From Paraspadella gotoi (taxonomy: Eukaryota > Animalia > Chaetognatha), in the NCBI GenBank assembly GCA_051294375.1, contig CM119265.1, positions 9,122,772 through 9,186,771 of the forward strand: a DNA stretch of 64,000 bases, given 5' to 3'. The number at the start of each line of letters is the position of its first letter. The stretch's first letter is position 1. Made by a program: the position numbers and the translations under genes. Shown here one piece after another: positions 50,487 to 63,521 of this stretch. The notes under the pieces are model-generated. The model worked only from the letters and a program-made list of their open reading frames with translations. It searched no databases and had not been told where the DNA came from.

Positions 50487-51787
50487 GGCCGCATTAGGCG
50501 TTCCAATCAACGTGTCTGTTTACATTCAATACATTCTCTTTCTCTCCAACTGCAGCGAAGACAACGTGAGCAGCTCCATCATTCACGAGGTTCTGGAAGG
50601 CCACTACGACTCCAATCGGACCTTCGTTGCCACGCCCATTTACCCTCGCCCGATCTTTTGCGCTTCTTCCGGAAGCCCGGACTCCTGGCGTCAACTGAAG
50701 CGTCTCCGCATCGTCGCTTGGCAGGAGAGCTACGGAAAGCTGACAGAGACTCTTGGCGAGCCTTTCCGCCTGCGGCCGACGACGTTCTCGAGCGCCTTTC
50801 AAACCGGATACGGCAACAGTGTCATGTACGGTCTCTGTCATCGCATCGATACCGACGGCGACTACTTCGTCGTCATCTGGAACGGCGTTCAAAGCCTCGA
50901 TCTCTTCCTCGTCTTTTCCCGCGAAGAGGACGCCGCCGTCAACTCCGCGCAGCGGATTCGCCTCAATTCTTCCTTCAAGTTTCTCACCGTCGGCGTCTAC
51001 GAAGTCGAACGATTCGAGTTTCTTACTGGATACGAATACACGGACCGCTATCCGGCGGAAGTCTCGGACGGCGCCGCTGGATTCCTGCCTCCCTTCTACG
51101 ACATCAGCCATTGCCAAGACGCCTGTTTCCACCAACGGCGATGGACGTGGCCAAAATGCGCCGGTGACGTCTCTCTTTGGCGCCGTTACGACAAGTTACA
51201 GCGTCTACGCGAGGCGTTGCTGAGCGGCGTGGATTGGCACCGACGGATGAAGGAGATGTGCGCGGCCAACGTCACTGTGTACTATCCATATCAGTACTTG
51301 TGCGATGTGGGCATGTCACCTTTCCCGAGAAAGAGAGATTTCGTGATGTGCAACGAGGTGCATATGGAGTGTCTCCGACTCTGCAAAAGGAACCGGGTCG
51401 AAATGAAATTTCGGTTGAACATCGACAAACGATCCCAGGCTCAGCTCAAAGACGAATCGGTGCAATTTTGATTTGTGGTTCGATAATGTTAACTATTTAT
51501 TGAATAATGATACTTGACCATAGAAACACTTCGAGAACTACACGATGGAGGGAGCGACGGGCATTTGGTTCACGACCTATAACCTGAGGATGACGAAGGT
51601 GAAGCAGAGCAAGAAGACGACCCTGCTCGATCTGATCGGCCTTGTCGGCGGCTACATGGGCCTCCTCATCGGTGCATCCTTCATGACCCTCTGCGAGTTT
51701 CTCGAGTTCTTTCTCGATATTTGTCTGTCGACGATCCACGGCCGACGGAAAACTGTTCGGGCGGCCAATGTAGGGGACGCTCAGTAG
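50198..51787 (+). CDS. DEG/ENaC (ASIC/pickpocket-like) channel subunit, ~441 aa; exons 50198-50355, 50556-51459, 51524-51787
   Basis: N-terminal STSAHGL (HG motif) plus TM1, Cys-containing thumb, C-terminal LIGLVGGYMGLLIGASFMTLCE (GAS belt). Splice phases join in frame. Confidence 0.88.
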
Positions 51788-53471
51788 CGAGTCGCGGTTC
51801 TCCAAATTTTTAAAAAAATTTTACATGAATTTTTTTCTGTGTTAAGAAGGCCCTAGAATTAGTTGTTCTATTTCTATCTTTTTTTTTTCTGAAATTATTT
51901 CAAATTTTTTGCTTAATGAAATATGAATGCATCTATCCTGTAATATAAGGACATTATGCTGAGGCGATGCTCTCGCCACTTTTTGAACCAATTAATAAAA
52001 TTAATTTAAAAAAAAAAAAAAAAATTTTGAATTTTTATTTTCTAAAAAAAATTGTTATAAGCTTTTTCTTATCATTTTATATAAAATTTAGTGTAAATTG
52101 AGTAGTATATTTTCAGTGCTTTCTGGTGATAAAGTTTTAATCTTTCTAATGCAACCCGATAAAGACCGATGCCTAACCCTAATTCCTGATATCATGCTTG
52201 AAATAGCAGTCAACCACTCACAGGTGATGTTATTATTTATTTTCAATGTCAGAATAAAACGATTCAACACAAAAATAGACAACACAGCGCCGGGTTTCCT
52301 GCTTATAAATTATATACAGGATAATGTAACAAAGAATTGAATCCGTTAAAATATTGGATGGATAGTGGATACGATTTAAAGAAAACGATATTATACATTG
52401 TATATAGCGTATACGGTCGTATCGCGAAATAGTCCGCTTTCGCTAACCTTGATAGATATTTATATACAAGGAGATCCACTGGTACCGACCTTAAAAAAAT
52501 GGCCACAGCACCCTAAACTTTATGAGGACATGGTCACTTTATATGAATTTGGTACAACCAATATAAAAATTTAAAAATATATTAGTTTAAAGATTTGAAA
52601 TTTTTTCCGGCGGGAAAGAATCTTAATTTTTAAACTCTTTATAGCTTCTTGCCACCAATGGCCGACCTGCTAAAAAACAGGAAGCCCTTGACTTTGTCCA
52701 GCTTATAAAAATATTACAATAGACAAGACCCGCTTTGAATAGCAGAGAGTGAAGTTCAAAGCAGAAAACCGGAACCTCAGAGAATTCGAAAATCAGAAAA
52801 CTTTAAAAAACGATCTGAACTTTGTCTTGTCAAACACCCTGATTTTGCAATAAGATGAGGGTACTCAAAAAAATTTTCATGACTTTTGATTGTTTTGCCA
52901 CGTTAATAATAATTGCATTCAAATTGGTTACTGAGCTATTAAAATTCTTTTGAGGTCGGTCACGGTGGATCTCATTGTAACACAGAAAAGGAAAGAGACG
53001 TACGTCGCCGTAGGACAAAACGATCCAATGAGGAAAAAAAAAATTAAAAAGTAATCGAGGTATATTCGAGGCAGACTTCCTTTTAAAATCGCCTCACAAA
53101 TTTGGGATTTTAGTTTTTGATTTAAAACTGAATGCCTTTTCAGTTTGCTTATATTATATTATATTATAACGAGCAAAATTTTTTTGCATCTTAGAATTAG
53201 ATTAAATATAAAGTTGTGTCAGCGAAACGGATTCGAAGTTATTTGGTAAAGCTACTTATAATCGCCATATCGATCCAACCTTTACTTTAGTACCGTTCAC
53301 TTACATAGGTGGTCCAAAACCGACCACAAAAATAGTTATTGCTGTAGTGATAACATCAAATGTAAAATATCCGTGAATGATACGAATGAACATGACGAAT
53401 TTCTAGATTTCCCGTTTCATTTGCTGTATCCAATTTGTACCCAAAAAAATGTGTTGATTCGATATTCATTT

Positions 53472-55562
53472 TCAGTATCTCCTCTGCGGTATCGAGGCGA
53501 GCGGTCGGTGATTGTTTTCCCGATTCAATCTGATCTTGGGTCTCTCAACCGTCACGCGCGTCTGCCTCGTCTCGCGACCTAAAGCCGTCCCGTTCTCCGC
53601 CCACATCCTCTCTTCGTCGTCGTTGTCGTCGTCGTAGTCCTCGTCAAACTCCACCTCGATCGTCGGCGGAACGGCGGCGCGCGGATTAGAGTTCGGCGGC
53701 GTCCCTTTTCCCGCCGCCCGCTTGGCGTTCTTGAGATAAACGTCGCCGGGAAAGCAGAGGTTGTTGTTCTGACAACAGAGTACGCGCAGTTTGAGTTTGA
53801 ATCGCTGCACGAGACAATAGACGACGCCGAGGATGACGATGACGACGGTGACGGCGCCCATGAGAAGGACGAGGTGGGAGGAGTCCATGTCCTCGTAAAC
53901 GCAGTTCGGGCCTGAATACAATAGCTTGGAATAGACATGATTTTATGTGTTTTTTTTATGGATTCTTTATGACCCCATTTGTACAACCAAATAGGCATTG
54001 ATTCTAATGTTAATTTCTAAATTTTCTCAGGGAAATTTTGTAAAAAAATTTTCTTAGCTATAAATTATTTAAAAAACTAATACCTGCTAGTGCTATGTCA
54101 TTATTTTGTAAGCCAAAGAGAGAGACAAGAAAGCTTATTTATTAAATGAATGGATAATATTTATATTGGTTGTACCAATTTCATATATATTTAAAAAAAC
54201 TTAATTTTAAAAAGTTATAAAAATTTTTTTTATTATAATGACTTTCTATTCCGACGAACTAATCATATTAGACTTTCTCTTTAACTTAATTCTTTAACTC
54301 TTTAATTTAACTTAACTTAACTTAACTAGTTTAAGTTTAACTGAAAGTTTCGGCGAGCCAACAAGCCAACAAGCCTTGACTTTTGTTTCTGACGAGACTG
54401 AGGACTACTTACAAATTTGCATATGATACAAAATATCATGCGTCCCATATTTTTAATGATTTATTTTAATTTGTAAATTATATATTAATTTAATTTTTAT
54501 AATTATTAAACGTTTTGACATATGTTCACGTAAACTTTATTTTAAAATTAAAAAAATAATAAAATTGCGATCTTTTTCATCGTAAATTTCTAAACATTGT
54601 TTTCGTCAATCTACGTTCCCTTCACGAGCCGTCAAAGGTTATCCTAGATATTATAGGTCATTTTTTCTGTTCCTTTCTATCGCTTCTCGGCCTTTTGGCT
54701 AAGATCAAAGTGTAGTATCTGTTCTTATCAGCTTAATATCTGATACGGTCCGCACTGCGGGCCCAGAATATTAAACTGATTTTTGAGCATCGGAGGAGCG
54801 CTCAGTGCTTGCACGGCCTCCTCCACGGGTCGACCCGGTATTGCAGTACCTCCGGGATTGGCCCACCACCCATTGGGTGGAAATTTAATATAAATATCAC
54901 ATATCATATACAGTTACTAATATTTACCATCTATCTTATTAAGTGTACGATTTATCCATTGTTTCGGATTAATTATACATGATTCATAAAATAGCTGTAC
55001 ATTTTGACTATCGAATAATAGTATTTATAACTTCATATATGCTTTTATCATCTATGTGAATCTCACCTTTGCAACAATTAGTCCCCGAGCAATTGTCGGG
55101 TCCTGGGGCTTTTCCTCTGGATATCACGCCGCGACTCTGACATCCGTTAGGGAATAGGACGAGGAGGAAGACGAAGAACAGGGCGAGGAGGGAAGAGAAC
55201 TTTCCGTCAGCGAAAGCGACGGAGAGGAAGGGCGCGGAGGTGCAGCGGATTATGTGGCGCCGTCTCGGCGAAAGTCGGCGCCGTTTCGGGTGAGTCGATT
55301 TACGAAGAGGCGAAGGATCACGTGACCTCGTCGACGCTTCGGAATCCGTCGACGAAGAATTCCAATAATCCTTCAAAGTCGGGTCCGCGGTTCCGTCTTT
55401 GTTAGGTCGACAACGACGTAGTCTTTGTGTGACCTGGATGACGGTCAAGCGTCGCTGATTATGCAAGCAGAGCTTCGCGTCGGTTCGTCGTGGAAATACG
55501 TTCGTCGTCCGCCGGAGATCGACCTCACGAACGCCAAGAGGCCGCTCCATCGCCGACGGCAT
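53472..55562 (-). CDS. Uncharacterised membrane protein, ~311 aa; exons 55562-55067 and 53911-53472
   Basis: GTGAGA donor and TTCAG acceptor join in phase 1 to give ..PDNCSGTNCCKGPNCVYED..; two hydrophobic segments; GC-rich coding-like composition. The start codon is uncertain. Confidence 0.6.
54679..54868 (+). ncRNA. U2: U2 spliceosomal snRNA
   Basis: ATCGCTTCTCGGCCTTTTGGCTAAGATCAAAGTGTAGTATCTGTTC (branch-site recognition GTAGTA), Sm site ATTTTTG, stem-loop IV CCGGTATTGCAGTACC; full length. Confidence 0.97.
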
Positions 55563-56396
55563 GGTGGCGAAGATGACGACGAATTTAGTGGCAAGAACGT
55601 AGGCGTGGCTTTCGTCGCCACATCCCGGCGTTTATATCGCACGAAGCGATTGGCGGATTCGAAAAATAAGCGAGGCGGCAAAGTCGAATGCGCGCGTAAC
55701 AAAACGCGTAGCAAAAATGACGGCGACCGCTAATTCGATTTTATCGCTTCGGCAAGTTAAAAAAATGAAGTGGGAAAAAAAAATGAAGCCTTCAAAACGG
55801 GGAACGGAGTTGCGAGTTTTAGAACCGTGGTGGATTACGGACTGATCGAGGCTACGAACGAATGCTCCAATGGATTTTTCTGGGAGTTGGTTTGAAAGAC
55901 TTCTGCGCGTGAAACGATTGCGAGAAGGTTGATGCAAAAACGCCGTTTGAATCGCGCGGCGCAAGATGTTCTTTTTTTTGAAATACTGACACTGCCGTTC
56001 GCGTTGACTCGTTGGCTTTTTAGGTTCTGAAAGAAAAATAAAAAAGAGAAAAAAAATAAAAGATTAAAAAAAAAAGGCGGTCGTCATTGAAAAAAACCCA
56101 AATCGACGAACCGTGTGAAAACGGATCCTTTGATAAAAGGCACGCGCGAGAAAGCGAGGGGAAAAATGGGAGAACGAAAGGAAAGAAGGGGAATGAGAGA
56201 AAGAAAGTAAAACATACATACTTATAAAGAGAGAGAGAGAGAGAGAGAGAGAGTGCGATGTATTTGCCGTGAAAAGTAATTATTTTCTCATTAGTCATGT
56301 TTCTGTACTTTTGAATGAATATTTATGGTACAACATTCTTCATTCGACTTTTTAATATACCGCGAGAAGTACATTATTGAGAAGGACAACCAGAGG

Positions 56397-56452
<56 letters not shown>

Positions 56453-58651
56453 CCGAGAGAGACTTCCTCAGTCCCCCGCACTCCTAGAATTTCCTCTCGT
56501 TGAAAAGAAGATATTTACGCACCGTAAAATAAATGGGTAAAATTTATGAGGCGAAAGCAAAGGAAAGCAACGACATTGAGAAGGAAATTTGTATCCTTCG
56601 CCCCAGGGGTCGAGATTATAAGGGGGGGGGCATCCAAAGCAGAGTGTCAGGGGGTTTGGATTCTCTTCCTCAAATTGCTCGTTTAATTCTGGCTCAAAAT
56701 TTATAAAATTTTAACCAATCAAACGATTTAAAATCCAATTCGTTTTAATCCAACGAGATTATCAATCGATGACGATTGTCACGTTTAACGGTTCTTCCAT
56801 GTCGTCAACAACTTAATTGACCATTTCCATTTTCATTTAGCATTGAACACTCACAGAAAATCCATCACAAATTCGAATTTAAAAACCAAAAAAAATCTGA
56901 TCGCGAGAGAGACGTTCGCCGGTTCCCACTTTCTTCCTTCTCATTGATTCTTCTCGTTTATGTTTTTCTTTCTCCCACTTTTAGCTCCGTTGACGTTTTG
57001 CGTCGTTGCGGTTATTGTTTTTCCATGCCATGCCATGCTTTTCCGGGTCCTTCGTTTCGAAACACCATGTCGTTTTTTGTTCGGAGTCAACTCCCGGCCA
57101 ACCGCGTGACGATTCGTCGGGAAAACTTTCCCCAGGGGTATTCTCCCCCCCCCAATGGGTTTCCCCCACGGGGGAATTCGATGTATAATAGTATATATAT
57201 ACCGCTTTCGCGAGTTGTTTTCAGCGTAGTTAAAGAACCCGGGAATCTCTCTCTCTCTCTCTCTCCCCCTCTCCCTCCCTGGAGTCTCGTCTACGAGGTT
57301 TTCTTCGCTGCGGGGAAAAACACCTTTCACGAAAAGTGTTTTTTTATCGCCGTCTTTACGGCGACGACCTCTCTCGTCAAACAATCTTTAGACCTTCTCT
57401 CGGTCGTCCCACTTCTCTCCTCTTATTCTTCTCTTCTCTAGCTTTCTCCTTCTCCTTTCTCCCAATGTCTCCTTCTCTTATTCTCTCTTTTCCTTATTTC
57501 CCCATTCTCTCGCTGTCTTTCCCCACTATTTTTTTTGGTCTGTACTTGTTTCCTTTTCTCCTCCCGTCTTCTCCGAGTCTTCCCATTCTTTTTCTTTTCT
57601 CTTCTCATCCTAAGATATCCCATTTTTTACCTTCTCTTCTTATCTCTTGCCCTCATATTTTTCTGTCTTCTTCCAATCTCTCTTTGACTATTTCCGTTTT
57701 CTTTTTTTTATCTCTTACCCTTCTCTCTTACCCTTCTCTCTTCATCCCTCCTCTCTTCTCTCGATATTCTCATTCCTTCTCTTCTTCTCTCCTTCTCTTC
57801 TTTTCTTCTCTTCTCTCCTCCCGTCCCTCTCCTTTCTCCATATGTCCGATCCCTCCTGCCTAATCACCTTCCCGTCAAACTCACTTCTCTCGATCTCTTT
57901 ACTGGAAAAATAAACTCTTTCAAAACCTTTGGTTTCATCCGGGACTTTTTCCACGACTGCCTCCCCTAGCGCGGCGTCGCGCCTTTTCCCGCCCTCTCTC
58001 GGCCACGTCCTCTTCGTCCGCGTTGGTCCCGGTTTAACGGTCCGAATAAAAAACAAAATGGCCGAGAGTGTATTTTTTTTCCAAAGTACGAGCTTTTTTC
58101 TTTTTCCCCCTCCATTTCTCTCTCCCTCACTTTGTTTTCTCCCTATCCACTTTTTTCAATGTCCATTCTAATTCTAGGGCCTTACCCTCTTTCCATTAGA
58201 TCCAGCCACCATTTTTTTATCTTGTCCAGGGCTCAGTGAGTTTGAATTTTCGTTGTCTTCGATTATTTTTTTTCTCTATCTTTCTTTCTTTCTTTTTTTC
58301 TTTTTTTCTTTTTTTCTTTTTTTCTTTTTTTCTTTCTTTCTTTCTTTTCTTTTTTTTTTTCGTTTCTTTATTTTTTATGTCCTCCTTTTTTTCATACTTT
58401 CTTTCTTACTTTTTTTCTTCACTTCTTTAAAACCTATTTTCCCTTCCTCTTCATTTCCCTGTCTCCATTACTCTCTCCCTCCCTCCTTTCCTCCCTCCTT
58501 CCCTTTCCTTCCTCTTTCTCTCCTTTTTTTCCCGCCAATCTCCGGTCCTCCTTTTTCTTCCCTTTTTTTCTCTCTTCCACTTTGGGCTCATTTTGCCAAG
58601 AAAAAAAGCGATGGAAAAGGAAAGGAAGAGGAAATGATGGAAAGTCTCGCC

Positions 58652-58742
<91 letters not shown>

Positions 58743-60486
58743 GTGTCCATCGTTTTCCTGTTGTCTTTTCTTCTTTTCATTTTATCTCTTTGTTCTTGGG
58801 GGGGGGAAGGGGGGTAGTCATCGTCGTCGTCGTCGTCGTCATAAGGTCGTCGTCCGCTTTATCATATTCATAGTCGTTGTCGTCACTGTCATCGTCGTCG
58901 TCATTGTCATCCTCTCCGGCGAAACGAAAGTCGTCTGCTTTATCACAGTCATCGCTGCCGTCGTCGTCGTCGTCGTCGTCGCCATCTTTGTTTGTTTTTT
59001 TCATCGACGTCTTTTCCCTTATACTTCTTCGTTATTTGTTCTCGCATTGGCGCTTGTCTTTTGTTTGCCGCTTCATTGCTTTTTCTCTTCGCAAACAGAA
59101 AGTCTCCCACGTTTTTGTTATCTTCGTATTAAACCTGTCGTTTTTATCGTCCCCGTGGACGTAGTCGTTGGTTTCGTCGTCGTCGTCGTCATCGTCTTGG
59201 CCGTAGTCTTTGGCGTCATTAATATCATCTTTGTCATCGTCGTTGTAGTTATTAATAATGTCATCATCTTCATCATCGTCATTAATATCATTTGCATCGT
59301 CGTCGTCCTCTTTTTTTCCTCTCGAACCGACAAAGGCTTAATCGTTGTCATTATCTATGTCTTCGTCATCATCCACTTTCCTCTCCCACCGATCAGGGCT
59401 TCGTCGTAGTCATCTTCGTCATCGTTAAATTCGTCAGCATCGTCGTCACTTCCCGCTCCGACCGATCAAGGCCAGATCCATCTTCTTCCGTCAAAAACTC
59501 TCGAGGCGAAACTAAGAGTCGAACTCTGGACGGCGTCGACCTCCGAGGGGCGGGAGAGCTCGACCCCGATGAGCGTTTGAGTGAGTATAATAGTGGGCGA
59601 AAGGTGAGTTCGATTTGGTCGGGATTGAATGGAAGTATTTCTGTGAAAAGCGTGAAGAAGCGTGAAGACGTTCGCATAAAGATTAAGTCAAATTAAGTTT
59701 TGTAAAATGAATGAATTGTGAGGAAAACTCAACTGATGAAATGAAAGCAAAATTGTTTACAAATATTTGGAGAATAACTAATAACTATAAGTATACATTT
59801 TTTTTGTCGAATAAGGTATCATCGGAGCGAGAAGAAAAACGAGAGAGAAAATTCGAAAAGAAAATCAAATGAGACTGAAAGGTTTGCATTGTGTCTTCAT
59901 CCATGGAAAGGTTTCGTTTGAAGAGGCGGAGTCGTTTTATTGGAGATGATGATGATGATGATTATGACGATGATGATTAGGATAATGATAATTAGTTTAA
60001 TTACGATATTGTAGATGATGATGATTATTATGATTATAAAGAATAATAAATTATAATTAAAAATAAAGCTCGATGTTATTCGTTTTTATTTCAATTGAAC
60101 AGAAAAAAATGTCATTTAAAAAAAAAAAGTTTTATGCTTAAAAACCAAAAACTTAAAGAACAAATTTTTGATTTTTCAAACGCTGATAAAGACTCGAAAT
60201 CGAGTCGAAACATGTCAGATTTTTATGTCTAACAAAAATTAATTGTTGTTCCACGAAAAACTTTCGTTTTCCCTAAATCCAAACAAACAACAAAATAAAG
60301 GATTAACACAATAAGAAAAATGTCTAAACATATATTTTTTACCAAAAAAAAAAAAAAAATTACGAGAGGATAAAGAAACTAGCCTTCACCATATTTTTGG
60401 GGCGGCGATGAAAAATGGAGAATAATATTTGTCACGAAAAGTCTGAGGAAATATTTTTCGACTTTTTTTTTTCCAGAAAGAAATCA

Positions 60487-60601
<115 letters not shown>

Positions 60602-60954
60602 ACATCCAGAATTACTGGTAATCGAATTCGCCTCCCCGCTGCGTCCAACTGATAAGCGTATCGAATCACGCAATTTACGTGACCTTCGGTTCCAACATTG
60701 ACCCCTTCACTCGTCAGTCTTTCCTTGACCCCATTTCTAGGACCCGTCTCTGATTATCGCTCCATTCTCTTAGTCCATCTGCCCTTCTACCCCGCATCAC
60801 GATCCTTAACCGAGTGGAGTTGGACTCGATTAAAAAGCGAATGGAATATATTGTAAATATATTGTAAATATGCTCATAATTATATATTTTTATAGTTTTC
60901 ATATTTTTAATATTTTCATACAATTGAAACATTTTTTGAAATATTATACCACTT

Positions 60955-61590
60955 TATTGATTGCGAAGTAAGGTAATCTGGGAGAGAATAAACGAGACTG
61001 CCAGAGAGTCTTGATTGAAAGCTTGCAGGGACCTGCTATGTCATTATCTAGTAAGAGTGATGGAGGCCTTAAACCATCAAAGCCTGTCCAAAGTCAGGGG
61101 TAGGATAGCTTATTTATTAAATGAATGTATAATTTTTATATTGGTTGTACCAATTTCATATCTATAATTTTTTTAGTAAGAGCTAAAGACTTCAAGCAGA
61201 GAAAAATTTTGTTTTACCTTCATAAAGAATTTCTAAATATAAGTACCTAGTAAGTTTTGAACAGGGAGTGAAATATAATTTCTTAACGATCATTGAAATC
61301 TTTAAATAATTCAGTCCGCAACTTTATTTTCTTTTTTATAAGTTATATAAGTGATATGAAAATGATGAGCAATTCCACTGCCACTTGTCTCTCAATCGTG
61401 CTACCAATTTCCCTCCGTAATCTCATAAAATTGGTACAACCAATATAAAAATTATACATTCATTTAATAAATAAGCTGATTTTGGACAGGCTTTGGTGGT
61501 TTAAGGCCTCCATCACTCTTACAAGATAATGACATAGCAGGTCCCCGCAAGCTTTCAATCAAGACTCTCACACAGTCGAGTTTATACACT
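60955..61590. repeat. Inverted pair of family-B repeats
   Basis: 60955-61160 is the reverse complement of 61424-61590. Confidence 0.85.
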
Positions 61591-62227
61591 ACCAAAACAT
61601 TTCATTGTCGACCCTCTTTTCTGACTCTCTTCTCAATTCTCGTCTCCATTGATCCGTCTCCCCGACCACCCATTCTCCCCCCCCGGTCATCTCATCACCC
61701 CCTCTCCCCTTTCTTCGACTCGCCGGCCCCAACCGGCCCAAAACCCTTGGGCCGGCGGCCTCAATCTCGCTTTAACCTTCGACCATTGTTGATTTGCCAG
61801 CCATCTTTGCTCCTTGTGTTGGCCCGTGGTGCCGCAGACCCGGTAGCCGCTGGTTCCAGCCCTGCGTCTGACCCGTACTGATTCGATTAACTCACTAGGA
61901 AAATTATTCATTAAGGGTCACTTCGCAACAATCACCCGTCAATCAAAAAAATTTTAATTAATTTTCCTAAAAATCGCGAGAAGAGGAGAGAAGTGGGATT
62001 TACGCGGGAAAAAAGAGTCGCGTCAACGTCCATATTTACAGCAGTACTTGCCTAAAGTCGGTTTTGTTCCAAATTTTCGTTTCAAAGACTTCTCTCGGTT
62101 GCGAAAGCTTTTTTATATTTTGATCACGAATTCTCTTCCGTCAGCCTTTTGTTTCATTCTTGCTTTATTGAACGCCAACGGTGGACTGAAAAAAAAAATT
62201 AAGAGAGAGAGAGAGGAGAAAGAGAGT

Positions 62228-62263
<36 letters not shown>

Positions 62264-62625
62264 GTGAGAGAGAGTAAGTCGCCTTTTATTGCTTCGGCAC
62301 CGGGGCGAGCCAGAATGTAAGTTGTTTGCCTTTCTTTATTCTTTTCTTTTCTTTTCTTTTCTTTTCTTTTCTTTTCTTTTCTTTTTTTTTCCTTTCCTTT
62401 ATTTCATTTTCACTTTTTTCGTAATTTCGTTTTTCTCTTTCCATCTCAATTCTTCTATCTAAACTTTCCTTTTCTTTTTTTTTCTTCTTTTTTTCCCTCT
62501 CATCCCAAAATAGCTGAATTTTTCCAGTTCGCGAAGATGAAATTGTAGTCGGGCTTTGTCTAGGTTCACCCCGCCTATAAGCATGACAATTTCAGTTTCG
62601 TCCCGTTTGCTCATCGAGTAAAGCC

Positions 62626-62757
62626 AGCAGCTCATGACCGCTTGGTACCGGGTTCAATCCCAACCCGCTACCTGCGTGAAGACGGCTGTAAACCGCCTTG
62701 TCGGCCTGGAAAGCCTCAAGCCTGGTTCCAAGCCCAGGACCCGTTCCATGGCTGCTA
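62626..62757 (+). ncRNA. Second-family, partly degenerate type-P5 twister-like motif
   Basis: GCGT-GA-AGA-CGGCTG-TAA-ACC-GC-CTTG..CAAG-CCTGG-TTCCAAGC-CCAGG, closed by AGCAGC/GCTGCT. P2 and T1 are imperfect. Confidence 0.5.
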
Positions 62758-63415
62758 CACAGTCAACACCGCCACTCCCACTCTCCCACACCCCCCCCTC
62801 CGACATCACGATTCTCAAATCTCGTTCCTTAACTCTTGATTTTTATCTCATGCGTGACGGAACAAAAGTTCAGAGTAAGAGAGAGAGTGAGAGAGAGATA
62901 GAGAGAAAGAAAGAAAGAATGAAAAAATTAAATAGAATCAGAAAAACGTAATCATTAAATGTAATCAGAGAAAAGGAGGTAAAAATAAAGATAGCGAATT
63001 TTCGTTGCCAAAAAAGCTGACTCGTTTTCTTCTTTTTATGGAAAGAAGCTGTTTCACTTTTAAAGAGGCTCGCAGTTTCTCACAATGCACAAAAGGAAAC
63101 TATTAATTTCCTTTCCTTTCCTTAATCGAAAAAAACGCAAAATTAAATCAGAATAATACTAAAATAAGAACGGGGATTCAAATGCGTTGCGCCTCAGTGA
63201 CTGCCTTATCACATGAATTTCTGGTTGATAACTTGACTACCTATAAGCATTCAACCCGCGCTGAATTGGGATTCCGTCTTTTATTCTTTATACGATTTCT
63301 TGAAAAAACCAAAGGTAGTGCTAGTAGTTTCTTAGATTCGAGGTTCTCAGCAAAAATGACAAATGAGCAACAAAGTGAACGAGATATAACTTATAAACAT
63401 TTTAAAATGTAAGTA

Positions 63416-63521
63416 GGACAGACCGACTGACAGATATACCGATACCGACTGTCCGGTCGATTGACCGACAGACCGACAGTCTTATAGAGTCGCTCCGCGT
63501 GTACTCGCGGCGCAACTAAAA
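63416..63521 (+). mobile_element. 3' end of a DINE-1/HINE (Helentron-associated)-like element
   Basis: (GACC/GACA)n microsatellite, then TATAGAGTCGC..GCAACTAAAAA terminal hairpin. Confidence 0.55.

Noticed and set aside
50494-51223. Overlapping alternative-frame and antisense ORFs over GC-rich exons (also throughout EXOC4, RERE, DENND6)
   Set aside because: Expected shadow ORFs of GC-rich coding sequence
57336-59409. Long hydrophobic F/L/S/V-rich ORFs
   Set aside because: Translations of CT and TCG low-complexity sequence, with no protein motif
61740-61880. GC-rich segment with GGTTCCAGCCC resembling twister L4
   Set aside because: The loop lacks the AA, and no P2, T1 or correctly placed UAA was found
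62590-62625. Hammerhead-like CTCGATGAG..GGGACGAAAC on the minus strand
   Set aside because: The core has an extra base and stem II does not pair; at best a decayed remnant
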